DNA from: an uncultured Nitrososphaerales archaeon
GTDB taxonomy: Archaea; Thermoproteota; Nitrososphaeria; Nitrososphaerales; Nitrososphaeraceae
NCBI GenBank assembly: GCA_963713605.1
Contig: CAVQMO010000003.1
Location: forward strand, 61,892 to 125,891
Reading direction: 5' to 3'
DNA length: 64,000 nucleotides
The position numbers were made by a program, and so were the translations under genes. Positions 44,611-55,563 of this stretch are shown one piece after another (positions within the stretch are counted from its first letter, which is position 1; each line of letters starts with the position of its first letter). The notes under the pieces are model-generated. The model saw only the letters and a program-made list of their open reading frames with translations. It did not search any database and had not been told where the DNA came from.

Positions 44611-46640
44611 ATGACGTACGCTAAAACACAGCAATACAGAAATCATAATGATGTAATCTTTGAAATATCTCAAGTATTGAATGATAGTGGAGATCTATCA
44701 TATTGACAATCGTGTTAGATAGTGACATTCAAAATCCTATTGAATATTGTATATCTGTCATCCTCAAGGAGGCCAAAGAGGAGCATCGTTTAGTCAAACA
44801 GGCTCTGTATGCCATGCTTAGTGCATATACCAATAACCCTCTAAATCTGGCTATTAATTCCCCCTCTGGAGAAGGCAAGAATTGGGTGCTTGAAAAGGTT
44901 GCGGAAAAATTTCCTGCAGATAATGTGGTCTTTTTGTCCGGCATGACAGATAAGGCATTGTTCCATAGAATAGGCACCCTCGTTTCAAAGAATGAAGTGG
45001 GCGAATACATTGAAGTCGATACTATTATTGAAGGAATAGATGACCAGATACAGGACAAACAGGATGAATTAAACAGAATAAAAAATATGGATCTCATTAG
45101 AGCACTTAAGGCTGGTATCGAAGACCTGCATGAACAGAAGAAAGAAGCTCACATGAAGGCAAAGAAGCTCATCGACCTATCGCATAAGATACTCATCTTC
45201 TTAGATACTCCCAATGTCAGTCTACTTTCAACGCTGATGTCACTTCTTTCCCATGACCAATATGAGGTAGAGTATGAATATGTCGACACAAACAATGGTA
45301 TCAAGACTTATACCAATATATTAAGAGGATGGCCAGCAGTAATATTTGCACAGGCTATAGACTACAGCAAACATGAAAGATGGCCAGAGCTCCAAAGAAG
45401 ATTTATCATCACCAATCCCGAAATGAATTCCAAAAAGAAGTATGCTGAGGCTGTAGATCTTATTCTTGACAAGTTTACATTACCTGATCTTCCATATCAA
45501 AGAATTGTTACTAGTGACGAGGAAAAGGGAATGGTGAAAAGTATTATAAAAAGTATAAGTGACGAGATCCGGCTGATCTCTGACAGGATACAACCAGGCA
45601 AGAACTCTACTTATGCCCCATTTAGTGAAGCATTAAAGAATGCATTACCAAAAGGCAAGAGTTCGGACATGAATGCTGGAAAACGATTTTCTGTATTTCT
45701 CTCAATCCTTCCGATGATAAATGTGAGCAGAAGACCTACGATAAAAATACATACGTTCAAGAGTGATGGTCCAGTTTTGGAAACTGTTCCATTTGCACTA
45801 TTTGAGGATCTTAGAGAATCAATTTCTCTTATGGAATATGCCAATGGAGTACAGACCTTATATTCTCGATTGGTTCTACGAGGTCTTTTTGCCTAGCTAT
45901 GAAAGTCATGAAGAGGTAACTTGTAAGTCTAAGATACCTGGACAAATGGTATGTGAGAGCAGAATTGCAGTAACTACCTTTGAACTCATTGATGCCACTC
46001 GGGAAAAGAAATGCAGAGTATATAATTCAAAGCAGTTACTGGAAACTTACATCTATCCTCTAATGAATCAGGGGTATATCGATCGTGTCAATAGCGAGCT
46101 AGACCATAGAGCTGTACATTTATTTCCCCGTAATCAGTTCAAAATATATTAAATTATTCGAAAATAAGGAAACGAATAATTTATCACAAATCAACCGAAT
46201 AAATGTTAGAGATATTACGATATTTCCTGGTAAAAAGTATTTAATCTCTAAAATGGAAGAGATTCTGAAATATTATTCTCAGGATAAGGTTAGGACAACC
46301 TTGTGTGATCATGAAGGTAAGGAAATAAGTATAGATGAACTTGTAGGTAGATACTATACTAGACCAGAGGACTATTTTGAGGCTACTGGTTATCCTAAAA
46401 GTGACAATGATAATAATGATTGCAATTCCGATAGTTAAGATCAAGAACCGATCAAAGGATTTTAAGACGAATATTCAGAAATTAACCAAATTCAAGATCT
46501 TTTACAACAAACTCCCATAAAAAATGAAGCACCTTCAAACACTAAAGATCAACAATCAAATAAATTATTCGATTCCTCAAAAACGAATAATAAAACATAT
46601 TTTCAAACAGCAGATAAAATTCAAACAGACTCAGAAGATG
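44611..46640 (+). CDS. AAA+ ATPase / replicative helicase-like protein with C-terminal wHTH (several frameshifts)
   Basis: Walker A NSPSGEGKN, Walker B ILIFLD, ELQRRF Arg finger, YIYPLMNQGYID wHTH-like segment. Confidence 0.7.
46150..46183. repeat. Perfect 11-bp inverted repeat, 12-bp spacer (site 1)
   Basis: taaattattcg-aaaataaggaaa-cgaataattta. Confidence 0.85.
46561..46594. repeat. Second copy of the inverted-repeat site
   Basis: taaattattcg-attcctcaaaaa-cgaataataaa. Confidence 0.85.
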
Positions 46641-46650
46641 GGAATAAGAA

Positions 46651-47619
46651 TTGACATCTAGTACAACTGGAACTGCGAAAGAAAGATTGAGCTGGAAGTA
46701 TGATGTAATTCCGATAGTAGTCGATATTATCCAAAAGAGAAAAGCTCAAGGCATATCTCAATTTACTTTAAGGGGTATATTCTACCTGCTAGTATCATTA
46801 ACTATTATACCAAATCTAATGGGTTACTATAAAACATTATCAAGAAAGCTGGTTGAAGCAAGAAAAGACGGAATGATAGATGAAGATGCTATTGTGGATG
46901 AAAGTAGACGGATAATAGACATTGATGATGACTTTAGATCACCTGAAGACATCTTAGAAAAGGAATTCAAGTTAATTAATGACCTGCCTAAAGATTATAA
47001 AACCTTAATTCCACGATGGTATAAGCAGCCAAACTACATTGAGGTGTGGCTGGAAAAAAAGGCTATGGCCAGTATAGTCAAGTCTATTCTATATGATTAT
47101 CAAGTCCGCATAGTTCCAACAGGTGGATGGTCAAGCTATTCTTACGAGAGAGAAAACCTATCCCGTTTGTCGAATAAAATCAGTGAAGGAAAGAAGGTGC
47201 ATATACTCTACCTGGGCGATTATGATCCATCCGGATTAAGAATGGAAGAAAATATTAGAAACAGATTTCAAAATATGGGGATCAATTTTCGACGAATAGC
47301 CATCACTAGAGAACAGATAGAAGATTTTGGCTTGGAGAATCTGACTAACCCCGACCCAGAAGTTATGACTAAACTCCAAAGGGATCCCAACGCAGATAAC
47401 TTTCGACTGAGTAACGGTGGTAGATTATATCAAATTGAAGTGGACGCATTGCAGGTTCTAAATCCTGATACATTAAAAGATTTATTGATTTCAAGTATTC
47501 GACATTATTTTGACGAACATATTTACAGAAATGTGCTTTCAGAACCGAAATTCTCTGAAAGAAAAATTCGTGGACTTGTCCATAAAAAGGCTACCTCTTT
47601 ATTCAACATGCTTGGTTAA
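46651..47619 (+). CDS. Stand-alone TopoVI-A/Spo11-like protein (Mini-A-like)
   Basis: TLRGIFYLLVS WHD with Tyr, EVWLEKKAM and LYLGDYDPSG Toprim motifs, EVDAL. Confidence 0.82.
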   Translation: MTSSTTGTAKERLSWKYDVIPIVVDIIQKRKAQGISQFTLRGIFYLLVSLTIIPNLMGYYKTLSRKLVEARKDGMIDEDAIVDESRRIIDIDDDFRSPEDILEKEFKLINDLPKDYKTLIPRWYKQPNYIEVWLEKKAMASIVKSILYDYQVRIVPTGGWSSYSYERENLSRLSNKISEGKKVHILYLGDYDPSGLRMEENIRNRFQNMGINFRRIAITREQIEDFGLENLTNPDPEVMTKLQRDPNADNFRLSNGGRLYQIEVDALQVLNPDTLKDLLISSIRHYFDEHIYRNVLSEPKFSERKIRGLVHKKATSLFNMLG

Positions 47620-47744
47620 TTGTTTTCACCACTTCCATCTGCATGAAGGAATCAGTACAGCAATCAATAGCTAATTATCTAGGAAACTCTAATGATTACT
47701 TGCTCTGGTTCAGAATCAGCAATGTTAGTGAGCAGGAGAGCATT

Positions 47745-47984
47745 ATGCAACGGTTGGAAAAACTAGCCGACATGAAATTAAAAGGAATTCTGACAGATGA
47801 AGAGTTTCTAATTCTTAAATCTCAAATGATGAAGAAGGCATCTGAGGAGGGAATTTGGAGTTCATATTTATTTCAATACAATTTATCTTATAAAGGTGCA
47901 TTTTGCTTTCATCATCAAATTAGTGGCAACGTGTTTGCAGTACTGTTTTATGCCTACTTGGACAATCAAACATCTTGTTGGTAA
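47745..47984 (+). pseudogene. SHOCT-domain fragment
   Basis: LEKLADMKLKGILTDEEFLILKSQMM. Confidence 0.55.
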
Positions 47985-48090
47985 AAAGGTTATCTTGAAC
48001 CCCATTATTCATCGCTATCTTGAAATGCTGAATGAGCTAATATACAGCTAAACTTTTTATGAAATGCGCAATCTGTAAAATCTACTCATA

Positions 48091-48372
48091 ATGCCGATAT
48101 TCTCAATTGAAAAAGGAACCATGAAAGAAATTTCTCAGAAATCAATAGAATTAGAAAAAGACATTCAAGGTATGGTCGAAAAGAATTTGGATACCATTTT
48201 TGGGGTTGAATTTGTTACCTCTGAATTTCAGCTAAATGAGTTAAGAGTTGATACTTTGGGTTTTGATAAAGAATCGAAATCATTCGTAATAATTGAATAC
48301 AAACGCGATAAGAATATCTCTTATTGATCAAGGCTATGCATACTTAGCTCTGCTTCTCAATAATAAGGCATA
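48091..48372 (+). pseudogene. NucS-like PD-(D/E)XK endonuclease, N-terminal fragment
   Basis: LEKDIQ...RVDTLGFD...IIEYKR, then frameshifted IDQGYAYL; truncated. Confidence 0.7.
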
Positions 48373-48597
48373 GTATGACGTTTCTATAGTAGTATAACCA
48401 AAATTATTTAAATGATGAATAGAAAAGGCTAGTGTCGACGCTACTACAATATTGTAGGAATATGGATAAAGAATAGCGCGATATTAGTCATTTTAGGTTT
48501 ACTAAATGGGCCATTGATTAAGGTTGAAATTTCGATAAAATGGTCTAATAAAACATGTTAAATAGTCCAACTACCACACTTATTGTAGGAATTAAGT

Positions 48598-48840
48598 ATG
48601 CTCAGAAATCTTGTTCACATAAATGTTCCAACAGCACTTTATGAGTTGATAGAAGATCTAGCAGTTAAGAGTGGATTATATAGGAGCGTTCCAGAGTTTG
48701 CGTTGGAAAGTATGAGAAATAAGTTATACGAAATGAGGCAGCAGAGAATTGAAAGGCAGAAGCTAAATGCTTATTTTAAGAGGGAGAAGGAAAGAAGAAT
48801 ACAATCTGCTTCTACTAATACTACCCGAATTAAGGACTAA
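48598..48840 (+). CDS. Ribbon-helix-helix (CopG-like) protein
   Basis: VHINVPTALYELIEDL...YRSVPEFALESMR. Confidence 0.75.
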   Translation: MLRNLVHINVPTALYELIEDLAVKSGLYRSVPEFALESMRNKLYEMRQQRIERQKLNAYFKREKERRIQSASTNTTRIKD

Positions 48841-48912
48841 TTTGACTGAAGTATTCTGGTAGAGTCATGAGTAGTGGGAATGACCTTTAGCCTATAACAC
48901 TGTACATTAATC

Positions 48913-49398
48913 ATGAGTATAGGATCTCACAAATATCTCGTAACTAGAGTATACAAATATGGCCGCAGACGATATAAGAAAAAGTGGTATCGCAAGAAAT
49001 CAAGTGATAAGCGCGGGTTCGTGAGATATTCAAGCGGTACCAAATGGGCAGGTAAATATGATCCTTATAAACCTGCCTTTTGGCGTACATATCGGGTAGA
49101 CCAATGTAAAGATAGAAAATATGATAGGGATCAGGAGATTCTATCTAACGGATATACAGTGACGGATAATTGGATAGCACTATGTAAATCTTGGAATGGC
49201 TTCCTATTAGCTAAAAGAGAAGGAGATCATGAAGAGATGAAGATATTTGCTATACAAATTAGAAGTATTCAGAAAGCATTAGGATTACCACAATCAGAGT
49301 TTGATATGTTTACTCCCGAAGAAATGCAATGGATAGAAAGTGAAAACTATGATACTCTGAATGAATTACATTATGCTTATAGTGTTCCTGAACTATGA
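48913..49398 (+). CDS. Hypothetical protein, basic aromatic N-terminus
   Basis: 161-aa intact ORF. Confidence 0.6.
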   Translation: MSIGSHKYLVTRVYKYGRRRYKKKWYRKKSSDKRGFVRYSSGTKWAGKYDPYKPAFWRTYRVDQCKDRKYDRDQEILSNGYTVTDNWIALCKSWNGFLLAKREGDHEEMKIFAIQIRSIQKALGLPQSEFDMFTPEEMQWIESENYDTLNELHYAYSVPEL

Positions 49399-49465
49399 TT
49401 AATAGAATTACCACCACAAGTATCTAGCTAATATCTGTTTCAAGAATGGTGAATTTTCAGAGTAA

Positions 49466-49730
49466 GGGTAGACTTCGACGGGTTCAAAATTGAGGTTAGA
49501 CAGTCAATAGAAAAGTATACTAAAAACAAAGTTGCAAACGAATACCTCGAATTTGTGTTTCATCCTGTAGAGGGAAAGGAAATTTGTGAGATAGTGATTA
49601 GACTTTCGCCAAGACCTGTTTTCATTTATGATGAAGGTGAAAACGACAAGAATGCTATGTACGTGTTGGCAATTCTTCTAAGCCATACACTTTAGATGAG
49701 TTTTATGAGTATTCGAAGGCGATTTAAGTG
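49466..49730 (+). pseudogene. AlbA_2/Schlafen-like domain, C-terminal fragment
   Basis: DFDGFKIEV...FHPVEGKEICEIVI..SPRPVFI...ECYVRVGNSSKP. Confidence 0.6.
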
Positions 49731-49790
49731 AGAGTTATAAGAAAAATTTAAAGAGTACGCAATTTGTAGGTATTCTATTAGGGGAAAAGT

Positions 49791-50020
49791 GATGCGGGTT
49801 AGCCAAAAAAAGGAAAGTGAAATCTGCTAAAAAAAGAAAAGTGAAATCTGCTAAAACAGATTTCAAACCTGTCAATTATACAGTATTTAACCAGAAAATC
49901 ACGTTTGATATCTTAAAATCGCATTTATTTAGTGCTGCTGACATATTGAGGAGTTCGCTTGATCCTGGAGATTATAGGCAACCCATAATGTCTTTGCTTT
50001 TCTTAAAGAGATTGAATGAC
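49791..50020 (+). pseudogene. hsdM: Type I R-M methyltransferase N-terminal fragment
   Basis: LKSHLFSAADILRSSLDPGDYRQPIMSLLFLKRLND, then abrupt break. Confidence 0.8.
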
Positions 50021-50415
50021 ATGCAGTTACTAACGCAATAACTGCAACAGTGATATTACTTTTCTTGTTTTGTTTTGATTGTTGTTTTGTTGTTTGATTC
50101 ATGTATGTAAAACATAACTAATAGAAAATCTATATTCTTGTCTAACTAGATGTAATACTCTTGCAATCCTAAATTCTAAGAGTGATAGAATCATATTGTA
50201 GTATTACCCATCATATCTAAAATCTTCAATTTTCTTGATTGAATGCCTTTGACAGTGTTTTTAACATGATTCAATTATAGTGGTGGTATTGAAAAGGAGT
50301 CTGGGTGATGATGATTTTAGAGTTTTGAGGGATATTATGAGGACAGACATTGGCTAAATCACAGACTGCTAGAAATCATGGATTAGTACCTAGGTATATT
50401 AAGATGTTGCATAAG

Positions 50416-51078
50416 TTAGTTGAGTTCAGCACTACCAAACAGAACAGAGAACGCTTTACACCATATCAAGACTGTATCATATTTTGTCATATCAGTTCCA
50501 CCAGGAATTGGATAATTTTGATTTCCAATATTAGCCTTCAACCTACCCAAATTCACAATATCTGATGCACTCTTATCTGTGGAGAGATATACATATAGAT
50601 CAGGTCCATTAGTAACTACCAAATCCTCTAACCGAAGAACATTTCCTCCACCCTCTATAGGAATAACTTTCGCAACCCCTTGTGCATCATGTATCCCATC
50701 TCCAACTCCAACAAAAGATCCAGTTAATAGCATTTTATTAGTATCATTTCCTGTTTGAGAAGATAGTGGAACAGACAACGATTGATTAATTGGCTCCATT
50801 GATTCATCGATACTATTATTTATTGTTGCGAACTCTAGCACTATCTGAATTTTCTCTTGTTCACTCATCTGATTGCCAGCTTCAATCCTTTCTTCTTCAC
50901 TCATAGCCATAAACTCTTGAAATTGGTTTGACGGAGATTGCGATGGTACATCCGCTCCTTCAGGTAATGGTTCATCAATTTCAGTTGAGATGAATAAGGG
51001 AGAAGCAAGATAAAATGCACTTACTCCTACAATGATAACTACTGCACCTATTATCCCAAGTTTAATTCCCTTACGCAT
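50416..51078 (-). CDS. DM13-domain protein
   Basis: HDAQG...LRLEDL..TNGPDLYVYLS...GNQNY...VLIWCKAFSVLFG. Confidence 0.9.
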   Translation of the reverse strand: MRKGIKLGIIGAVVIIVGVSAFYLASPLFISTEIDEPLPEGADVPSQSPSNQFQEFMAMSEEERIEAGNQMSEQEKIQIVLEFATINNSIDESMEPINQSLSVPLSSQTGNDTNKMLLTGSFVGVGDGIHDAQGVAKVIPIEGGGNVLRLEDLVVTNGPDLYVYLSTDKSASDIVNLGRLKANIGNQNYPIPGGTDMTKYDTVLIWCKAFSVLFGSAELN

Positions 51079-51256
51079 GCGTTCATGGATAAAAAAAACA
51101 ACTTTAACTTATAAAGTCTTCACGGAATTGAATGAAGATGGACTCGACCTTTGGTGTTCATACTTGGTAACAGAATGAGAATTTTGTTTATCTGCATTAA
51201 GTAAGTCCGGACGCTCTCATAAATCTGATATTTTTTCTATTAGAACGAGCGAGAAG

Positions 51257-51448
51257 CTAATGCATTGAAGAACCTTCTTCGTCAGACCACGAACGTCTGA
51301 AAGGTATGATCTTATTAGTTTCTTCATTCCACCACTTAATCGTACCATTGCATGTGCGGCATTGCAACTCTATTTTCGAACCTATTATGACAAATTCTAC
51401 TGAATGAGGCATTTGTCGATCACAACTACATTCTTTAGTCGGTGGCAT
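51257..51448 (-). CDS. Small Zn-binding protein
   Basis: CSC...H...CRTC. Confidence 0.5.
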   Translation of the reverse strand: MPPTKECSCDRQMPHSVEFVIIGSKIELQCRTCNGTIKWWNEETNKIIPFRRSWSDEEGSSMH

Positions 51449-51851
51449 ACTAACTCTGCATTATAGCGAGAAATAGTTAATACCTGATCCGATCCTCCCG
51501 ACTATTAGAAGAGTATTGATATTAGTACTTGTCAGGTTTGGTATGATAGCTATCTAATTTTTTGTTATGTAGATAAATCGCTGCAGAATATACATTGGGA
51601 TAAATATTCAAAGAAAGATTAGTTCACATTACATCAAAGGTACTGGGAACAGATGATAATACTGTGGTGTTTCAAGCCAATACTATCCGAATCAAGCCTT
51701 AGCCATAATGTAAATGATTATTACGAATATTATGATAACAAAAGCGCTAGAGTTCAACTAGTGGAATACAAAGCAATATCGACCAGTATTGACTCTAGAG
51801 ATGCTTTAAATAATGCCTTTATTAGAGATGTAGAATATTTCAAAACTACAT

Positions 51852-52395
51852 CGATAAGACAAGCTTGATTTTTATTTCAATTGATAGGAGTGTGTCCTAA
51901 CCATATTCATTCTGAAAGAAGTGTATGAGTCTAGTTCTCTTGCTTTAGTACCAAAGTTCTCTAAGCGTTCATCCAAGTCTATGACTATCATAAAAATGTC
52001 GTATCATAAGCGGCCAGAAATCTAGAGTACAGCAATAATGACCCACATCACTGCTGAATTTATGATGATGATTTACGAATAGACAACTCTTTTTGTCTAA
52101 GGTCACAATCACTTTAAATACTTCGCTGCGTGCTGAGATTCGTGTCAAGTCACAGGCTTGTTAGGAAAGTTCATCTAGTCCTTCTTGCTGTCATATTTAC
52201 GCTTGTTATCGCAAGCCCATCAATCAGTAATTTTGGTAGTTTTGACATTACTAAAGTAGTGTATGGTCAATCAGATCCAGACCAAATGAATACCAACACT
52301 ACGAATTCGGTAAATATGCAAGATATCCCATTAGAAAAAGTCCGCGTCGGAGATATTGATGTTGCGTACAAGATGTTCGGTAAAGGTGACCCTAT
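51852..52395. repeat. About 540-bp direct repeat (promoter plus 5' coding) shared with 56401..56935
   Basis: Exact blocks 51852-52000 = 56401-56549 and 52241-52360 = 56781-56900. Confidence 0.92.
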
Positions 52396-53188
52396 TTTGC
52401 TTATTCCGGGTCTTAGCATGTCTATGGATGGCTGGGAACCAACTATTTTAAGAGAACTATCCTCAAATCATACTGTAATAATATTTGATTATCGTGGAGT
52501 TGGAAATACAACAATTGGTACAAAACAATTCTCAATTCAGCAATTTGCAAATGACTCTGCTGGTTTACTTGACGCTCTGAAGATTCAAAAAGCAAACATC
52601 CTTGGATATTCTATGGGCTCATTTATAGCTCAGCAGTTTGTTCTTACTCATCCTGAGAAGGTCGACAGACTTATACTTATTGCTTCAACATGTGGTGGAA
52701 AAGAAGGTATACCTACTAGCCCTGAAGATTTAGAACGGGGTAAAAAGATCCTAAGTAGTATGGTAAATAACACTCCAATAGAACCACAGGAAGTAAAAAC
52801 TCTTGTATCTAACAGCTTCGGACCAACATGGATCAAACTACATCCCAATTTCCTTGAAAGCATTCCAACAAACCCCAAAGATTTGCAACCTTCTGGTATG
52901 ACTCTTGATACTTATTTGCAGCAGAACTATATGAGTGCAAACTGGCAGTCAACCAACTGGAGTGGTGTATGCAGTCAGCTTCCAAATATATCCAAACCTA
53001 CCTTGGTAATGACTGGAAATGAAGATGTTACTGTACCAACTGCTAATTCTTTAATTATTGCGGAAAAAATCCCAGGAGCATGGCTTGTACAGATGAAAAA
53101 TGCAGGTCATCAAATTACGTCACAATATCCGGATGAAATCAGTAAGATATTAAATACATTCCTATCTACTTCAGGCCAAAGTAGTTGA
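52142..53188 (+). CDS. Secreted alpha/beta hydrolase 1
   Basis: GYSMG nucleophile elbow, EDVTV, AGH; signal peptide; TTTAAATA at 52113. Confidence 0.9.
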   Translation: MSSHRLVRKVHLVLLAVIFTLVIASPSISNFGSFDITKVVYGQSDPDQMNTNTTNSVNMQDIPLEKVRVGDIDVAYKMFGKGDPILLIPGLSMSMDGWEPTILRELSSNHTVIIFDYRGVGNTTIGTKQFSIQQFANDSAGLLDALKIQKANILGYSMGSFIAQQFVLTHPEKVDRLILIASTCGGKEGIPTSPEDLERGKKILSSMVNNTPIEPQEVKTLVSNSFGPTWIKLHPNFLESIPTNPKDLQPSGMTLDTYLQQNYMSANWQSTNWSGVCSQLPNISKPTLVMTGNEDVTVPTANSLIIAEKIPGAWLVQMKNAGHQITSQYPDEISKILNTFLSTSGQSS

Positions 53189-53355
53189 ATTATCCATTGA
53201 GTGGACACGAAGCGCCGGACTGACTGGAGCAATACTGTTATCTAACTTTGAAAATATGTAATAAGAACAATAGCAAAATAGTTCCTAAAGATAACATGAT
53301 TAAAGCGCATTAATGCTTAATACAAGAAACTGCATATATTCTCAAGAATAAAAAG

Positions 53356-53706
53356 ATGTTAGAAAATTATGCCTTTTCAGGCGTTCCACACAAACCAATT
53401 TCTTACATAGATCAAGGAACTAAACTTACCTGTCAATGCGGTTATGAATGGATAGAAAATAGATTTCCAGAATATGGTAAACTGGTTTGTCCACGTTGTC
53501 AACGTAGACAGATAGAACGTGACAGGAGTAATCTAGTACAATCTTCCACGTCGACTAAGCCAATAAAATCGTCAGCTCAGCAATCGCAGATCGATGAAAT
53601 AATGGAATTATTGATTAATGAATCTATACTAGAATTAAAGATTCTATGTTTCCTGTATTCATATTCTCTACAATGGAATGTAGTGCTTCTTCAGGTGTGT
53701 GATTAG
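53356..53706 (+). CDS. Zn-ribbon hypothetical protein
   Basis: CQCGYEW...CPRC. Confidence 0.5.
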   Translation: MLENYAFSGVPHKPISYIDQGTKLTCQCGYEWIENRFPEYGKLVCPRCQRRQIERDRSNLVQSSTSTKPIKSSAQQSQIDEIMELLINESILELKILCFLYSYSLQWNVVLLQVCD

Positions 53707-53816
53707 ACATTTAATGGTCCTAGTTGTAACACGCCTTAAGTTCGTTTCTTTGATTGCTTATCATAATTTAAGATGGTAATTTAAGATGGTATGCATGATT
53801 AAGTTTCGCTATCGAA

Positions 53817-54235
53817 TCACTTCATCATCATACCACTTATTGAATTTGATATTGGTCCTCGGATTTCTCCATCTGGATATTGAGTTGTATGGACATTCAC
53901 ATATAATCCCATGGAATGCGTAGCATTTAAGAGATCAGAAATCTGTTTGTCAGCAAGTGGTCCTTCAAGGTTATCAGGAGTTATATCTCCTTCAGAGAGG
54001 AGGCCAGAAACCATTTTTGGTGTAGGTATATCAGGTCTAAATAAAGTTACTACAATAGGTCCATTTTGATTGGGCTTACCATAGTGAATGTGTGCTGCTG
54101 TAACATTGTCTATATCTGTTACATTCAAAGTATAAGTTACGGTATTCTCAGTTAATATCGGTCTAAATTCAGCCCATCCAGTAGCATTAGTTTCTATCGG
54201 GGGTATTTCCATATCGCCGAAGAGTTTTGCGTACC
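53817..54235 (-). pseudogene. CHRD-domain protein, 5'-truncated
   Basis: VTAAHIHYG...GPIVVTL...LYVNVHTTQYPDGEIRG; no signal peptide. Confidence 0.8.
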
Positions 54236-54543
54236 TTGCCAAACAATGAGAGCATTGCTTACTGATGGTCAAAAGAATCTGCCATTATCAGATCCAATTG
54301 AAGCTAGCATTGGCCTAGGAGAGATCAAACCAAAAGTAATTTCATCTGCGCTGAAGTAGTAGACGAGGGGGAATCACAAAACTTTTGACATTATTTAATT
54401 TCTCTTATCATGTTGCTTCTAGTATTAAAATACAAGAGCTTCCATGTATTTTACGCTCTGTCAATCTAATGATTAGAAATAAGAAGAGAAAAAGATTTGA
54501 GTTCTTGTTATACGTCTATTCAGACAGAAGTTGAGCTTTTCTA

Positions 54544-54948
54544 TTACTCACTGGCTTCTCCTCCTCCTCCAGCTTCACTGCCTGTATCATCTGTACTGGT
54601 GGTATCTTCATCGCTGGGAGGACTATCAGATGAAGTAGGTGCAGTACCCGTTCCAGGTGCTGTTCCCGTATTATATATTGGAGCAAAGCAATCTCGAATT
54701 TGTTGTTCGGAAACGGTTCCATCCACTTCAGCAGCAGAAAGACAGGATTGAAAATCCTGATAATCTTGACTTGCTGAACTAGTGTCTTCGCCTGCTGAAC
54801 TAGTGTCTTCGCCTGCTGAACTAGTGTCTTCGCCTGTTTCATCAGATTGAGCTAGTGATGGAAGAACATAATTCATACTTGCTGGTACCATCAGGTACTA
54901 ATACGATTGTTGCTATTACACTTGTACCTAGAGTTTTTTTCTTATTCA
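54544..54948 (-). CDS. Small acidic secreted protein (frameshifted signal peptide)
   Basis: FQSCL...QIRDCFAPIY core with acidic Ser/Thr flanks. Confidence 0.6.
54772..54836. repeat. 21-bp tandem repeat x3 (GEDTSSA)
   Basis: gctgaactagtgtcttcgcct repeated. Confidence 0.85.
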
Positions 54949-55563
54949 TTGCTCAATGATTATCCGTAATCTATATAATTGGTGCTGTTCAAAAGCTTGC
55001 GAAAGGATATTAGATATTATTGACAAGAATCGCCTTTCATACACACATAAAGGAAATTTTGTTTGAAACTTTTTAATGCCATCATTCCTAATTCCGTCAA
55101 TTAGAATATTCAAAAAAATATGAATTAGGGTTGGCGAAAGAGTAGACTGCAACTGTTGAAAAATGGTGAGGTTTCATGGACCCAAGTATTAGATATGTCA
55201 GGCCATGATGAATTGGTTTATAAACTAACTTTGAAATATCTTCGACAACAAGGATATGATATCGGAAATAATAAAATTCCAAGAGTTAAACTCAACATAG
55301 GGATGTAAGTTATACTATTCCAATTTCTAGCGTTGAGTTTCATGCGCCCTCTCTTTGCTATTTACTGTCCATGATGAAAACAGAAAAAATCTCTACAATA
55401 ATAACAATACCCACAGCGTTGACAGATGGGATTTGAAAGCGTAGGACGATACTCAGAATAACAGTTTAAACATTTCATTTGGATGGATAACTCATAGACT
55501 GCTGAAATATAGACCCAACGATGTTAACTAGTCTTTTGTATTTGCTCCTTTTTTATCTTACTG

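Larger units (their letters stand above)
42165..50020 (+). mobile_element. Integrative element 2: integrase, replication module, Mini-A, defence remnants
   Basis: Uniform plus-strand module typical of integrated plasmid-like elements; att sites not found. Confidence 0.7.

Noticed and set aside
46651-47619. Wadjet JetD
   Set aside because: Shares Toprim motifs, but no jetABC/SMC genes nearby; has the WHD-Tyr layout of TopoVI-A/Mini-A.
54516-54842. ORF with QQAKTLV repeats
   Set aside because: Alternative frame of the 21-bp repeat in the acidic secreted protein.
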